Below, in pieces: positions 35,888-49,600 of a DNA stretch of 64,000 nucleotides. The stretch spans positions 26,910,001 to 26,974,000 of the forward strand of contig CM059432.1 in NCBI GenBank assembly GCA_030390025.1. The letters are read 5' to 3'. The position numbers and the translations under genes are program-made. Below the pieces are notes generated by a model. It did not search any database. It saw only the letters and a list, made by a program, of their open reading frames with translations, and was not told the origin of the DNA. The stretch comes from Squalus acanthias (taxonomy: Eukaryota). How positions within the stretch are numbered: the first letter of the stretch is position 1; each line of letters opens with the position of its first letter.

Positions 35888-37283
35888 CGGGCCCCAAGTT
35901 TCCATGGGGCTGGAGGCACATTCCTGTCATGAGTCATCCAGGACTTCAGTGAACCTTCAAGGAAATGGGTCCTAGGCAAGGCTGTTAATGTCTGATGAGC
36001 CAATTTGGGTCAGAATGTCCATCCGCCCCAAACGTGACCCATGCTCCACTGGCTGGAGTCATACCTAGCACAAATGAAGATGGTTGTGGTGGTTGAAGGT
36101 CAATCATCACAGCCCCAGGACATCGCTGCAGGAGTTCCTCAGGGCAGTGTCCTAGGCCCAACCATCTTCAGCTGCTTCATCAATGAACTTCCCTCCAACA
36201 TAAGGTCAGAAATGGGGATGTTCACTGATGACTGCACAGTGTCCAGCGCCATTCACAACTCCTCAGATAATGATGCAGTCCATGCCCGCATGCAACAAGA
36301 CCTGGATGACGTTCAGGCTTGGGCAGATAAGTGGCAGGTAACATTCGAGCCACAGAAGTGCAAGGCAATGACTATCTCCAACAAGCGAGAGTCTAACCAC
36401 CTCCCCTTGACATTCAACGGCATTACCATCACCGAATCCCCCACCATCAACATCCTGGGGGTAACCATTGACCAGAAACTTAACTGGACCAGCCACATAA
36501 ATACTGTGGCAACAAGAGCAGGTCAGAGGCTAGGTATTCTGCGGTGAGTGTCTCATCTCCTGACTCCCCAAAGCCTTTCCACCATCTACAAGGCACAAGT
36601 AAGGAGTGTGATGGAATACTCTCCACTTGCCTGGATGAGTGCAGCTCCAACAACACTCAAGAAGCTCGACACCATCCAGGACAAAGCAGCCCGCTTGATT
36701 GGCACCCCATCTACCACCTTAAACATTCACTCCCTCCACCACCGACGTACCGTGGCTGCAGTGTGTACCATCTACAAGATGCACTACAGCAACTCGCCAA
36801 GGCTTCTTCGGCAGCACCTCCCAAACCCGCGACCTCTTCCACCTAGAAGAACAAGGGCAGCAGGCGCATGGGAACACCACCACCTCCATGTTCCCCTCCA
36901 AGTCACACACCAGCCTGACTTAGAAGTATATCGCTGATCCTTCATCGTCGCTGGGTCAAAATCCTGGAACTCCCTACCTAACAGCACTGTGGGAGTACCT
37001 TCACCACACGGACTGCAGCGGTTCAACAAGGCAGCTCACCACCACCTTCTCAAGGGCAATTAGGGATGGGCAATAAATGCTTGCCTTGCCAGTGATGCCC
37101 ACATCACATAAAATGCTGTGGGCTGGGACAATGGAATTCCCATACCAGGAATTTCTTCAGTCCGGACTTCTCAGACCTGGACACTGGAGTGATCCCAGAA
37201 TGACCCACCCATTGGGCCATATGGGCTCCATCAGAACGCCGGCAGCTTGAGTACTATTGGCTCAGGCCAGGGATTCGGGGCAC
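35888..37283. mobile_element. Putative MITE interrupted by LINE-B
   Basis: Ends GGGCCCCAAGTTTCC / GGATTCGGGGCAC; ATGCT on both sides of the LINE. Confidence 0.4.
36044..37110 (+). mobile_element. LINE-B (CR1/L2-group) 3' part
   Basis: GVPQGSVLGP, MFTDDCT and YKAQVRSVMEYS; 3' tail GGGCAATAAATGC..GCCCACATC. Confidence 0.9.
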
Positions 37284-37417
37284 TGAATGCTAATGTTGCC
37301 TTGCCTTATATGATGACAAAATCTCTTTTGTTATTTAGGCTACATGCTATTTATGTTACTCTCTTGTCTGATCTTCCCCTCCTTAACCATACATCTGTAG
37401 CTGAGAGAGTGGGGTGG

Positions 37418-37655
37418 ACCATGGCAACTGGGGAATTTAAATTCAAATTAAATAAATCTGGAATAAAAAAAACTCGTATCAGCAATGCGCCATCCTTACC
37501 TGGTCTGGCTCCAGACCCACAGAAATCTTAACTGCCCTCTGAAATGGCCTAGCAAGTCACTTATTGAAGAAGGCAGCTCACCACCACCCTCTCGAGGGCA
37601 AATAGGAACGGGCAATAAATGCCGGCCTTTCCAGAGATGCCCACATTTTATGAAT
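37418..37655 (+). mobile_element. SINE family A (internally deleted)
   Basis: ACCATGGCA..AATAAATCTGGAA plus the LINE-B-type tail. Confidence 0.65.
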
Positions 37656-38308
37656 AATTTTTTTTTTTAAAGAACTCTGAGGTGTAGGGTGATTGAACCT
37701 GTCTCCCACCATTTTGTGGCAGGATAGTGCAGTGCAGTGCTACTCCATCACCCTAATGTCTTCATCTTTTTTGCATCATACTATGCAGATAGGCTGGAAA
37801 CAGCTCCTCAGTCAGTACCCTGGTTAATCTGGTATGTGTCTGGAAATAAGGTTGAGAATGTAACCGCCTGATAGGAGCTTATAGCTTCGGGGCCTGCTGG
37901 CTCCTGTCCAAAAACACCACCAGGGGTCCTCCACTTCTGATCACCATGCTACTGTCCCTGAAAGAAAAAGGGATTGACCTTTTCTTGTTGGCCTCCAGGT
38001 CTTTACTGACTGCCCCTTTCTGGTCCTTTGATTGGAGAGAAGGGGGGCTGGATTCAGAGGGGGTTCCCTTTTAGCATACAGACCGTTTAGCTTCATCAAT
38101 ATCATCTTGTGTAAATTTTCCCGCTTTGGCCCAATCCACGCTCCTTCGGAATACAGATATTGTATCGGGGGAGGAAAATGATGTGGGAGGGGTTGGTTAT
38201 ATTCCTCCACCTCATTAGCATAGCTGCTTGCACCTGTGGCAGGCTTGAACACCCTGTAGTCCCTCAGGAGAAACCGCAGAAATCCACGGATAATTTAAAG
38301 GTTTTGGA

Positions 38309-39025
38309 ATTCATAGAATGTACAGCACAAAAAAAGAGGCCATTCAGCCCATCCTGCCTGTGCCGGCTCTTTGAAAGAGCTCTCCATTTAGGCCTACTCT
38401 TTCTCCATAACCCTGCAAATATTTCCTTTTCAAGTATATAATCCAATTCCCTATTGTAAGTTACTATTGAATCTGCTTCCACCACCCTTTCAGGCAGTGC
38501 ATTCCAGATCATAACAATTCGCTGCTTTAAAAAAATTGTCATCTCCCCTCTGGTTCTTTTGCCAATTATCTTAAACCTGTGTCCTCTGGTTATAGACCCT
38601 CCTGCCAGTGGAAAGTGTTTCTCCTTATTTACTCTATCAAAACTCTTAATCATTTTGAACACCTCTTAAATCTCCCCTTAACCTTCGCTGCTCTAAGAAG
38701 AACAATCCTAGCTTCTCCAGTCTCTCCACATAACTGAAGTCCCTCATCCCTGGTACCATTCTCGTAAAGCCCCTCTGCACCCTCTCCAAGGCCTGGACAT
38801 ACTTCCCAAAGTTTGGTGGCCATAATTGGACACAACACTCTAGCTGAGGCCTAACCAGTGATTTATATAGGTTTAGCATAACTTCCTTTCTTTTGTACTC
38901 TATTCCTCTGTTTATAAAGCCATAGATCCCTTATGCTTTTTTAACAGCCTTATCAACTTGCCACCTTCAAAGATTTGTGTGTATGAACCCCTAGGTCTTT
39001 CTGTTCCTGCACCCCCTTTAAAATT
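38309..39025 (-). mobile_element. CR1 3' fragment
   Basis: RPQLECCVQLW and ERLEKLGLF; tail TCATAGAAT. Confidence 0.9.
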
Positions 39026-39224
39026 AAGCGTTTCGTAGACACAAAGGAGAGGAAACTCATCCCTAATAAGCCAGAAATAAATCTTCTATATTTTTGCTGG
39101 AACTCATTGAAAATAGAAGCAATGAAAGCAACAGTAAGAAGAAATGATTTTTGTTTCATTAAAAAAAATTGAATAATGACTTGAATCTGAAACCAGCATT
39201 TAAATTAGTGACACTGAAGTAGGC

Positions 39225-39555
39225 AGACTTGAAGGTTCCACATTCACACCCCGGTCGGTGCTGTGACAGTTGATCTCAGCCAGGTTGGTAAAGTTGTCAC
39301 AGTTGGCCTCAGCATCCCTGGGGTAGGAAGGGGAAGAAAATTAGCTCGGGTTCCCACTCCTGTGACCTCCGGCAGAAAGTTTGTATTGAGATTAAGGTCA
39401 AGATATGATGGGACTCAGCTGATGAAAACCAGTTAAATAGGACGCGCACACATGAAGGATGACCACTTGGTTGAGGGACCACAGGGTGTCAGCGGCCGGA
39501 AACCTGTATCCAGAGCAAAACTCACCATGTTCCAGAAAGGAAATTGAGGATATGG
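39225..39555 (+). mobile_element. SINE-like family B
   Basis: TGATCTCAGCCAGG..TTGGCCTCAG..CACACATGAAGGATG. Confidence 0.55.
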
Positions 39556-39924
39556 GGAGTTGGCCTTCCGATAGTTGTGGGAAAAAAGGGTCAAGAAGAG
39601 GTCGCTGTGGCACAAACTGTGTTTAATATTTACACTCAGCAGATGATTCAGCATAAAATAAAGTTGACACAAGCACCCAAAGTCCGATAGCCGAAAACAA
39701 AATCCTTATTTTGGATAAATGAGTTGCAACCACATCTCTGCTGTTTCAACAGCCTTTTTTTTTTCCAGAGGAAATGATTTAAGATTAACGTGGGACCATT
39801 TGATATTTGTTTACAATCCGCAGGAAGCTTGATGTATGTTAAAAATAAACTCAGAGTAGCCTGGAATTTCAAAAAGTTTGTCTTGGCACAGTTACACAGA
39901 CTTTCAAGTTTTTAACTAAGGATC

Positions 39925-40545
39925 CAACATCACTATGGCAGAGTGGGTATCATGCATCATGGAGCGACAGAGTGGGCATTAAATGTCACTGAACAACAGA
40001 GTGTACGCTAATGTCACTTAACAACACAGTGGGTGCTACACATCACTCCACAACAGAGAGGGCGCTGCACAACACTCAACAAGAGTAGAGTCTAAGATTA
40101 AAGGATTTGATAGGGTAGATAGAAAGAAACTATTTCCTCTGGTGGGGGAGTCCAGAACAAGGGGGGCACACCTTAAAATTAGAGCTAGACTGTTCAGTGG
40201 TAATGTTAGAAAGCACGTCTTCACACAAAGAGTAGTGGAAATCTGGAACTCTCTCCCCAAAAAGGCTGTTGAAACTAGGTCAATTGAAAATTTCAAAACT
40301 ACGATTGATAGATTTTGTCAGGGAAAGGGATTAAGGGTTACGGAACCAAGGCGGGTACATGGAGTTAAGATACAGATCAGCCGTGATCTGATTGAATGGC
40401 GGTACAGGCTTGAGGGGCTGAATGGCCTACTCTCGTTCTTATGTTCCTATATACACATCACTGAACAACAGAGCGTACGCAAAATGGCACTGTGCAATGA
40501 GTGGCTATCGTGCAACACTCAGTGACAGAGCAAATGCTAATGGCA
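39925..40545. repeat. Degenerate ~28-29 bp minisatellite split by a CR1 3' end (~40090-40450, +)
   Basis: Recurrent TCACTGAACAACAGAG-like units on both sides of the CR1. Confidence 0.55.
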
Positions 40546-41146
40546 ACATCCTTGCACTTATACAGCACTTTTAACATATAAATGTGGTGAGAAACAGACA
40601 GTGAACAGTAGCCAAAGAGTTAGGGAAATAACTAGAATCATGGTAAAAAAAAGTAGGTTTTGAGGAGGCTTTTGAAGGTGGGGAGAGAATTAGCAAGGTG
40701 TCAGCTTCAGGGAGAGAATTCCAGAGATTAGGGACCAGCTGGCCACCAGCAGAGGGAGGCGAATGCGTAGGAAAGTAGAATCAAAAGGCATGGGTTTGGA
40801 TGTAGTGTTATAGGTTACTAGAGGTGGTGTGGGGTGAGCCCATGGAGGGTTAGATAAATGAGGACAAGGATTTTGAATCCAACTTGTTGGAGGGACTGGG
40901 AGCCAATGGAGGACAGAGATGATGGATGAGAGACAGCCTCAGGCAGTTAAGTTAGAGTTTATGTAAGGGGAGGCTTGGGAAGCTGGTGAAGAGGGCAATG
41001 AAGAAGCTGAGTCTGAAGATGACAAAAGCATGGGTGAAAGTTTTGTTGACTTTGGGGGTTAATAAAGGTAGACAATGTAGTGGAGGTAGAAAAACTGGTC
41101 TTGGTGATTAATAGGAGGTGAGGTTTGATATTTAGCTTGAGATCAA

Positions 41147-42060
41147 ATGGGGATGTTTGCTGATGACTGCACAGTGTTCAGTGCCATTCACAACTCCTCA
41201 GATAATGAAGCAGTCCATGCCCACGTGCAACAAGACCTGAACGACATTCAGGCTTGGGCTGATAAGTGGCAGGTAACATTCGTGCCACACAAGTGCTAGG
41301 CAATGACTATCTCCAACAAGCAAGCATCTAACCATCGCCACTTGACCTTCAACAGCATTACCATTGCCGAATCCCCCACCATCAACATCCTGGGGGTCAC
41401 CATTGACCAGAAACTTAACTGCACCAGCCACATAAATACTGTGGCAACAAGAGCAGGTCAGAGGCTAGGTATTCTGCAGCAAGTGGCTCACCTCCTGACT
41501 CCCCAAAGCCTTTCCACCATCTACAAGGCACAAGTAAGGAGTGTGATGGAATACTCTCCACTTGCCTGGATGAGTGCAGCTCCAACAACACTCAAGAAGC
41601 TCGACACCATCCAGGACAAAGCAGCTCACTTGATTGGCACCCTATCCACTACCTTAAACATTCACTCCCTCCAGCACCGGCGTACCGTGGCTGCAGTGTG
41701 TACCATCTACAAGATGCACTGCAGCAGCTCGCCATGGCTTCTTCAGCAGCACCTCCCAAACCCGCGACCTCTTCCACCTAGAAGGACAAGGGCAGCAGGC
41801 GCATGGGAACACCACCACCTCCAAGTTTCCCTCCAAGTCACACATCCTGACTTAGAAGTATATCGTCGATCCTTCATCGTCGCTGGGTCAAAATCCTGGA
41901 ACTGCCTACCTAACAGCACGATGGGAGTACCTTCACCACCCGGACTGCAGCAGTTCAACAAGGCGGTTCACCACCATCTTCTCTCGGGCAATTAGGGATG
42001 GGCAATAAATGCTGGCATTGCCAGTGACGCCTACATCCCATAAACAAATATTTAAAAAAA
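41147..42060 (+). mobile_element. LINE-B 3' part, lying within an old L2 remnant
   Basis: Highly similar to ~36212-37105; degraded minus-strand L2 at ~40545-41140 and ~42196-42400 (YADDTQIY). Confidence 0.9.
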
Positions 42061-42599
42061 ATAGACACCAAGGTTGCACACCTAGTTCAATTTGAGTGAG
42101 CCGGGGAGGGGATGGAGTCGGAGGCAAGGATACTGATTTTTTTTTAAACAAGTGCCAAATAAGATGCCTTCTGTCTACCCAAAGAAATTTCTGGCTTATT
42201 CAGACTTGATGTTGGACAAGCAGCCTGACAACACAGAGGTGATCATGAAGTTGAGGGTGGTGGTGTAGAGGTAGATCTGGGTGTCATCAGCATACATTAT
42301 ACTGCTAAAAGGCATAAGGAAAATAAGTAGGGCTACGGCTAGAACCTTGGGGTACTCCAAAAGTGACCAAGCTGGGGTGGATAAGCCATTGCTGTACAAC
42401 ACAAATTTCATCCCATGAGATAAAATGATAAACAAAGAAAGACAAGATGTGGTAGACCATGGGACACAGACTCCAAAATGTGTTAGATGCAGTACCTAAA
42501 ATATAAGAAATATTGGACCCTGAACCCCTTCCAAAGGGTGGGAGGTTATGTGGGACAGTATAGGCCTCTGCAGAAATCCAACCAACATCTTCCCTCCAT

Positions 42600-42905
42600 C
42601 GCGTAGTGGTTATGTTATCGGACTAGTAATCCAGAGGCCTGGAATAATAATCCAGTGGAACGTGGGTTTAAATCCCACCATGGCAGTTTGTGGATTTGAA
42701 TTCAGTTTATACAAAAATCTGAATAAATCTGGAAAATAAAAGCTGGTATCAGCAAAAGTGACAATGAAGCTGTCAGACTGTCATAAAAACCTGCCTTCCT
42801 TGCCCAATCTGGCCTATATGTGACTCCAGTCTCACACCAAGGCGGTTGACCCTGAAGTGCCCTCTTAAATGGCTTGGCAAGCCATTCAGTTGTATCAAAC
42901 TGCAA
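42600..42905 (+). mobile_element. SINE family A, 5' part
   Basis: GTAGTGGTTATG..GGACTAGTAATCCAGAG..GGTTTAAATCCCACCA matches ~2350-2660. Confidence 0.7.
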
Positions 42906-43643
42906 CAAAAGAAAGGATTGGATGGTGGACTTTGACCTAGAGAACAACCATGTGATAGATCTATGCAACTGTCGGCAAAGCTACTGCTTGTAACTGAGCT
43001 CTAATGTGCTTTTACTAGTCTTGCAAGAAGTCATTTTTGAAACTAAAGTGTTGGCAATGCAAATTAACTGTGAATAAGTAAGCCATTTATATATATATAT
43101 ATATGTACACACACGTGTATGTGTGTTTTCCAATTTCTTTTATGACTCAGATTCTTCTGAATATTAAAGCTTATTTTAGGCAATATTATTTAATGTGGCT
43201 CTGGAAATTATTAGGTTTCTTTGCCAGAAACCACTCAAGTCACGTATTAGATGAGTACTCAAGAATTAATTAAATAGATTTGGAGATTACAGCACACATG
43301 TGGCATCTGTCATTACCTCAGTCTGGGATTTTAGCGTGCAGTGATATTGCCAATCTTGGGTCAGTGCTAAGCAGTTTTGGATGTTGATTGACTCGAAAAT
43401 GGCTACATAACTCAACACTGCGGTCCTAATGTGGCTCTCGATAGCACAAAATCCAAGTGGTGCGAGTCTGCTCTCTACTAGGCCATTTCACACCGGTTTG
43501 AGTTGAAACCAGCTGTCCAGAACGTCATTGTAACATAGCTAAAGCAAAATCCTGCGGTTGGTGGAAATCTGAATTAAAAATAGAAAATGCTGGAAACACT
43601 CACCAGGGCAGGCAGCACCTGTGGAGAGAGAAACAGAGGTAAT

Positions 43644-46600
43644 TGCCCCGATATTTACAGGGAGATGGAGAGGGTGCAGTAACACGGGGAAAACTTGTCT
43701 TGGCCGATCTTAACAGCAGGGTCTCATGAGCATATTGTACAGCCAAATTGACGGTCTGACCAGTGGGCGGGGGAAATGCTAGTGGCAGAGGGCGCCAGCC
43801 GGGGCAAATTGGGGATGGTCCTCAGCACTGTGAAGGGTACATCAACTCTGGGCTGTGAGTAGGTCTGTTGATCGGGAGGGTCGGGGGGAGGGTCAGGGGA
43901 AGGGTCGGGGAGGCGGGTCCTCCCGATCACCAAACGTCCCGAACCAACCTCCCGATTACCAACCCTCCCGATCACCAACCCTCCCGATCACCAACCTCCT
44001 GATCACCAACCTCCCGATTACCAACCCTCCCGATCACCAGCCTCCCGATCACCAACCTCCTGATCACCAGCCTCCCGATCACCAACCCTCCCGATCACCA
44101 ACCTCTCCCGATCACCAACCCTCCCGATCACCAACCCTCCCGATCACCAACCCTCCCGATCACCAACCCTCCTGATCACCAACCCTCCCGATCACCAACC
44201 CTCCCGATCACCGACCCTCCCCCGATCACCAACCCTCCCGATCACCAACCCTCCCGATCACCAACACTCCCGATCACCAACCCTCCCGATCACCAACCCT
44301 CCCGATCACCAACCCTCCCGATCACCAACCCTCCCGATCACCAACCCTCCCGATCACCAGCCTCCCGATCACCAGCCTCCCGATCACCAGCCTCCCGATC
44401 ACCAACCCTCCCGATCACCAGCCTCCCGATCACCAACCTCCCGATCACCAGCCTCCCGATCACCAACCCTCCCGATCACCAGCCTCCCGATCACCAACCA
44501 CCCGATCACCAGCCTCCCGATCACCAACCCTCCCGATCACCAGCCTCCACCGATCACCAACCCTCCCGATCACCAACCCTCCCGATCACCAACCCTCCCG
44601 ATCACCGACCCTCCCGATCACCGACCCTCCCGATCACCGACCCTCCCGATCACCGACCCTCCCGATCACCTACCCTCCCGATCACCAACCTCCCGATCAC
44701 CAACCCTCCCGATCACCGACCCTCCCGATCACCAGCCTCCCGATCACCGACCCTCCCGATCACCAGCCTCCCGATCACCAACCTCCCGATCACCAACCTC
44801 CCGATCACCAGCCTCCCGATCACCAACCCTCCCGATCACCAACCCTCCGCCGATCACCAACCCTCCCGATCACCAACCTCCCGATCACCAACCCTCCCGA
44901 TCACCACCCTCCCGATCACCAACCTCCCGATCACCAACCCTCCCGATCACCGACCCTCCCCCGATCACCAACCCTCCCGATCACCAACCTCCCGATCACC
45001 AACCTCCCGATCACCAACCTCCCGATCACCAACCCTCCCGATCACCAACCCTCCCGATCACCAACCCTCCCGATCACCAACCCTCCCGATCACCGACCCC
45101 CCCGATCACCGACCCTCCCGATCACCGACCTCCTGATCACCGACCCTCCCGATCACCAACCCTCCCGATCACCAACCTCCCGATCACCAACCCTCCCGAT
45201 CACCAGCCTCCCGATCACCAGCCTCCCGATCACCAACCCTCCCGATCACCAGCCTCCCGATCACCAACCCTCCCGATCACCAGCCTCCCGATCACCAACC
45301 CTCCCGATCACCAGCCTCCCGATCACCAGCCTCCCGATCACCAACCCTCCCGATCACCAGCCTCCCGATCACCAACCCTCCCGATCACCAGCCTCCCGAT
45401 CACCAACCCTCCCGATCACCAGCCTCCCGATCACCAACCCTCCCGATCACCAGCCTCCCGATCACCAGCCTCCCGATCACCAACCCTCCCGATCACCAGC
45501 CTCCCGATCACCAGCCTCCCGATCACCAACCCTCCCGATCACCAACCCTCCCGATCACCAGCCTCCCGATCACCAGCCTCCCGATCACCAACCCTCCCGA
45601 TCACCAACCCTCCCGATCACCAACCCTCCCGATCACCAGCCTCCCGATCACCAACCCTCCTGATCACCAACCTCCCGATCACCAGCCTCCCGATCACCAG
45701 CCTCCCGATCACCAGCCTCCCGATCACCAGCCTCCCCCGATCACCAACCCTCCCGATCACCAGCCTCCTGATCACCAACCTCCCGATCACCAGCCTCCCG
45801 ATCACCAGCCGCCCGATCACCAACCTCCCGATCACCAACCCTCCCGATCACCGACCTCCCGATCACCGACCTCCCGATCACCAACCCTCCCGATCACCAG
45901 CCTCCCGATCACCAGCCTCCCGATCACCAGCCTCCCGATCACCAACCCTCCCGATCACCAGCCTCCCGATTACCAGCCTCCCGATCACCGACCTCCCGAT
46001 CACCAACCCTCCCGATCACCGACCCTCCCGATCACCGACCTCCCGATCACCAACCTCCCGATCACCGACCCTCCCCCGATCACCAACCCTCCCGATCACC
46101 AACCCTCCCGATCACCAACCCTCCCGATCACCAACCCTCCCGATCACCAACCTCCCGATCACCGACCCTCCCGATCACCAACCCTCCCGATCACCAGCCT
46201 CCCGATCACCAACCCTCCCGATCACCAGCCTCCCGATCACCAACCTCCCGATCACCAGCCTCCCGATCACCAACCTCCCAATCACCAGGCTCCCGATCAC
46301 CAACCCTCCCGATCACCAGCCTCCCGATCACCAACCCTCCCGATCACCAACCCTCCCGATCACCAACCCTCCCGATCACCAACCCTCCCGATCACCAACC
46401 CTCCCGATCACCAACCCTCCCGATCACCAGCCTCCCCCGATCACCAACCTCCCGATCACCAACCTCCCGATCACCAGCCTCCCGATCACCAACCTCCCGA
46501 TCACCAACCCTCCCGATCACCAACCCTCCCGATCACCAACCTCCCCCGATCACCAACCCTCCCGATCACCAACCCTCCCGATCACCAACCAACCCTCCCG

Positions 46601-49600
46601 ATCACCGACCTCCCGATCACCAACCCTCCCGATCACCGACCCTCCCGATCACCAGCCTCCCGATCACCGACCCTCCCGATCACCAGCCTCCCGATCACCA
46701 ACCTCCCGATCACCAACCTCCCGATCACCAGCCTCCCGATCACCAGCCTCCCGATCACCAACCCTCCCGATCACCAGCCTCCCGATCACCAACCCTCCCG
46801 ATCACCGACCCTCCCGATCACCGACCCTCCCGATCACCAACCTCCTGATCACCGACCCGATCACCGACCCTCCCGATCACCAGCCTCCCGATCACCAACC
46901 TCCCGATCACCAGCCTCCCGATCACCAACCCTCCCGATCACCAGCCTCCCGATCACCGACCCTCCCGATCACCGACCCTCCCGATCACCGACCCGATCAC
47001 CGACCCTCCCGATCACCAGCCTCCCGATCACCAACCTCCCGATCACCAGCCTCCCGATCACCAACCCTCCCGATCACCAGCCTCCCGATCACCGACCCTC
47101 CCGATCACCGACCCTCCCGATCACCGACCCTCCCGATCACCAACCTCCTGATCACCGACCCTCCCGATCACCAACCCTCCCGATCACCAACCTCCAGATC
47201 ACCAACCCTCCCGATCACCAGCCTCCCGATCACCAGCCTCCCGATCACCAACCCTCCCGATCACCAACCCTCCCGATCACCAACCCTCCCGATCACCAAC
47301 CCTCCCGATCACCAGCCTCCCGATCACCAACCCTCCCGATCACCAGCCTCCCGATCACCAGCCTCCCGATCACCAACCCTCCCGATCACCAGCCTCCCGA
47401 TCACCAACCCTCCCGATCACCAGCCTCCCGATCACCAGCCTCCCGATCACCAACCCTCCCGATCACCAGCCTCCCGATCACCAGCCTCCCGATCACCAAC
47501 CCTCCCGATCACCAACCCTCCCGATCACCAGCCTCCCGATCACCAGCCTCCCGATCACCAACCCTCCCGATCACCACCCCTCCCGATCACCAACCCTCCC
47601 GATCACCAACCCTCCCGATCACCAGCCTCCCGATCACCAACCCTCCTGATCACCAACCTCCCGATCACCAGCCTCCCGATCACCAACCCTCCCGATCACC
47701 GACCCTCCCGATCACCGACCCTCCCGATCACCAGCCTCCTGATCACCGACCTCCCGATCACCAGCCTCCCGATCACCAGCCTCCTGATCACCGACCTCCC
47801 GATCACCAGCCTCCCGATCACCAGCCTCCCAATCACCAACCCTCCCGATCACCAACCCTCCCGATCACCGACCTCCCGATCACCAACCTCCCGATCACCG
47901 ACCCTCCCCCGATCACCAACCCTCCCGATCACCAACCCTCCCGATCACCAGCCTCCCGATCACCAACCCTCCCGATCACCAACCCTCCCGATCACCAACC
48001 CTCCCGATCACCAACCCTCCCGATCACCAACCCTCCCGATCACCAACCCTCCCGATCACCGACCTCCCGATCACCAACCCTCCCGATCACCAACCCTCCC
48101 GATCACCAACCCTCCCGATCACCAGCCTCCCGATCACCAGCCTCCCGATCACCAACCCTCCCGATCACCAACCCTCCCGATCACCAACCCTCCCGATCAC
48201 CAGCCTCCCCCGATCACCAACCTCCCGATCACCAGCCTCCCGATCACCAACCTCCCGATCACCAACCCTCCCGATCACCAGCCTCCCGATCACCAACCCT
48301 CCCGATCACCAACCCTCCTGATCACCAACCCTCCCGATCACCAACCCTCCCGATCACCAACCTCCCCCGATCACCAACCCTCCAGATCACCAACCTCCCG
48401 ATCATCAGCCTCCCGATCACCGACCCTCCCGATCACCAACCCTCCAGATCACCAACCTCCCGATCACCAGTCTCCCGATCACCGACCCTCCCGATCACCA
48501 ACCCTCCCGATCACCAACCTCCCGATCACCAACCCTCCCGATCACCAACCCTCCCGATCACCAGTCTCCCGATCAGCGACCCTCCCGATCACCGACCCTC
48601 CCGATCACCAACCCTCCCGATCACCAACCCTCCAGATCACCAACCTCCCGATCACCAGTCTCCCGATCACCAACCTCCCGATCACCAACCCTCCCGATCA
48701 CCAACCCTCCAGATCACCAACCTCCCGATCACCAACCCTCCCGATCACCAACCTCCCCCGATCACCAGCCTCCCGATCACCAGCCCTCCCGATCACCAGC
48801 CTCCCGATCACCAACCCTCCCGATCACCAACCTCCCGATCACCAGCCCTCCCGATCACCAGCCTCCCGATCACCAGCCTCCCGATCACCAACCCTCCCGA
48901 TCAGCAACCCTCCCGATCACCAACCCTCCCGATCACCAGCCTCCCGATCACCAACCCTCCCGATCACCGACCCTCCCGATCACCAACCCTCCCGATCACC
49001 AACCCTCCAGATCACCAACCTCCCGATCACCAGCCTCCCGATCACCAACCCTCCCGATCACCAACCCTCCCGATCACCAACCCTCCCGATCACCAACCCT
49101 CCCGATCACCAACCTCCCCCGATCACCAACCCTCCAGATCACCAACCTCCCGATCATCAGCCTCCCGATCACCGACCCTCCCGATCACCAACCCTCCAGA
49201 TCACCAACCTCCCGATCACCAGTCTCCCGATCACCGACCCTCCCGATCACCAACCCTCCCGATCACCAACCTCCCGATCACCAACCTCCCGATCACCAAC
49301 CCTCCCAATCACCAACCCTCCCGATCACCAGTCTCCCGTTCAGCGACCCTCCCGATCACCGACCCTCCCGATCACCAACCCTCCCGATCACCAACCCTCC
49401 AGATCACCAACCTCCCGATCACCAGTCTCCCGATCACCAACCTCCCGATCACCAACCCTCCCGATCACCAACCCTCCAGATCACCAACCTCCCGATCACC
49501 AACCCTCCCGATCACCAACCTCCCCCGATCACCAGCCTCCCGATCACCAGCCCTCCCGATCACCAGCCTCCCGATCACCAACCCTCCCGATCACCAACCT

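Noticed and set aside
43087..43125. (TA)n/(CA)n tracts (also ~17039-17052) and poly-C runs
   Set aside because: Ordinary short microsatellites and homopolymers
43855..45838. Repetitive ORFs (PPDHQ)n, (VIGRL)n and (PITNL)n as a repeat protein
   Set aside because: They are translations of the satellite; mixed 15/16/17-bp units shift frame constantly, so there is no frame constraint
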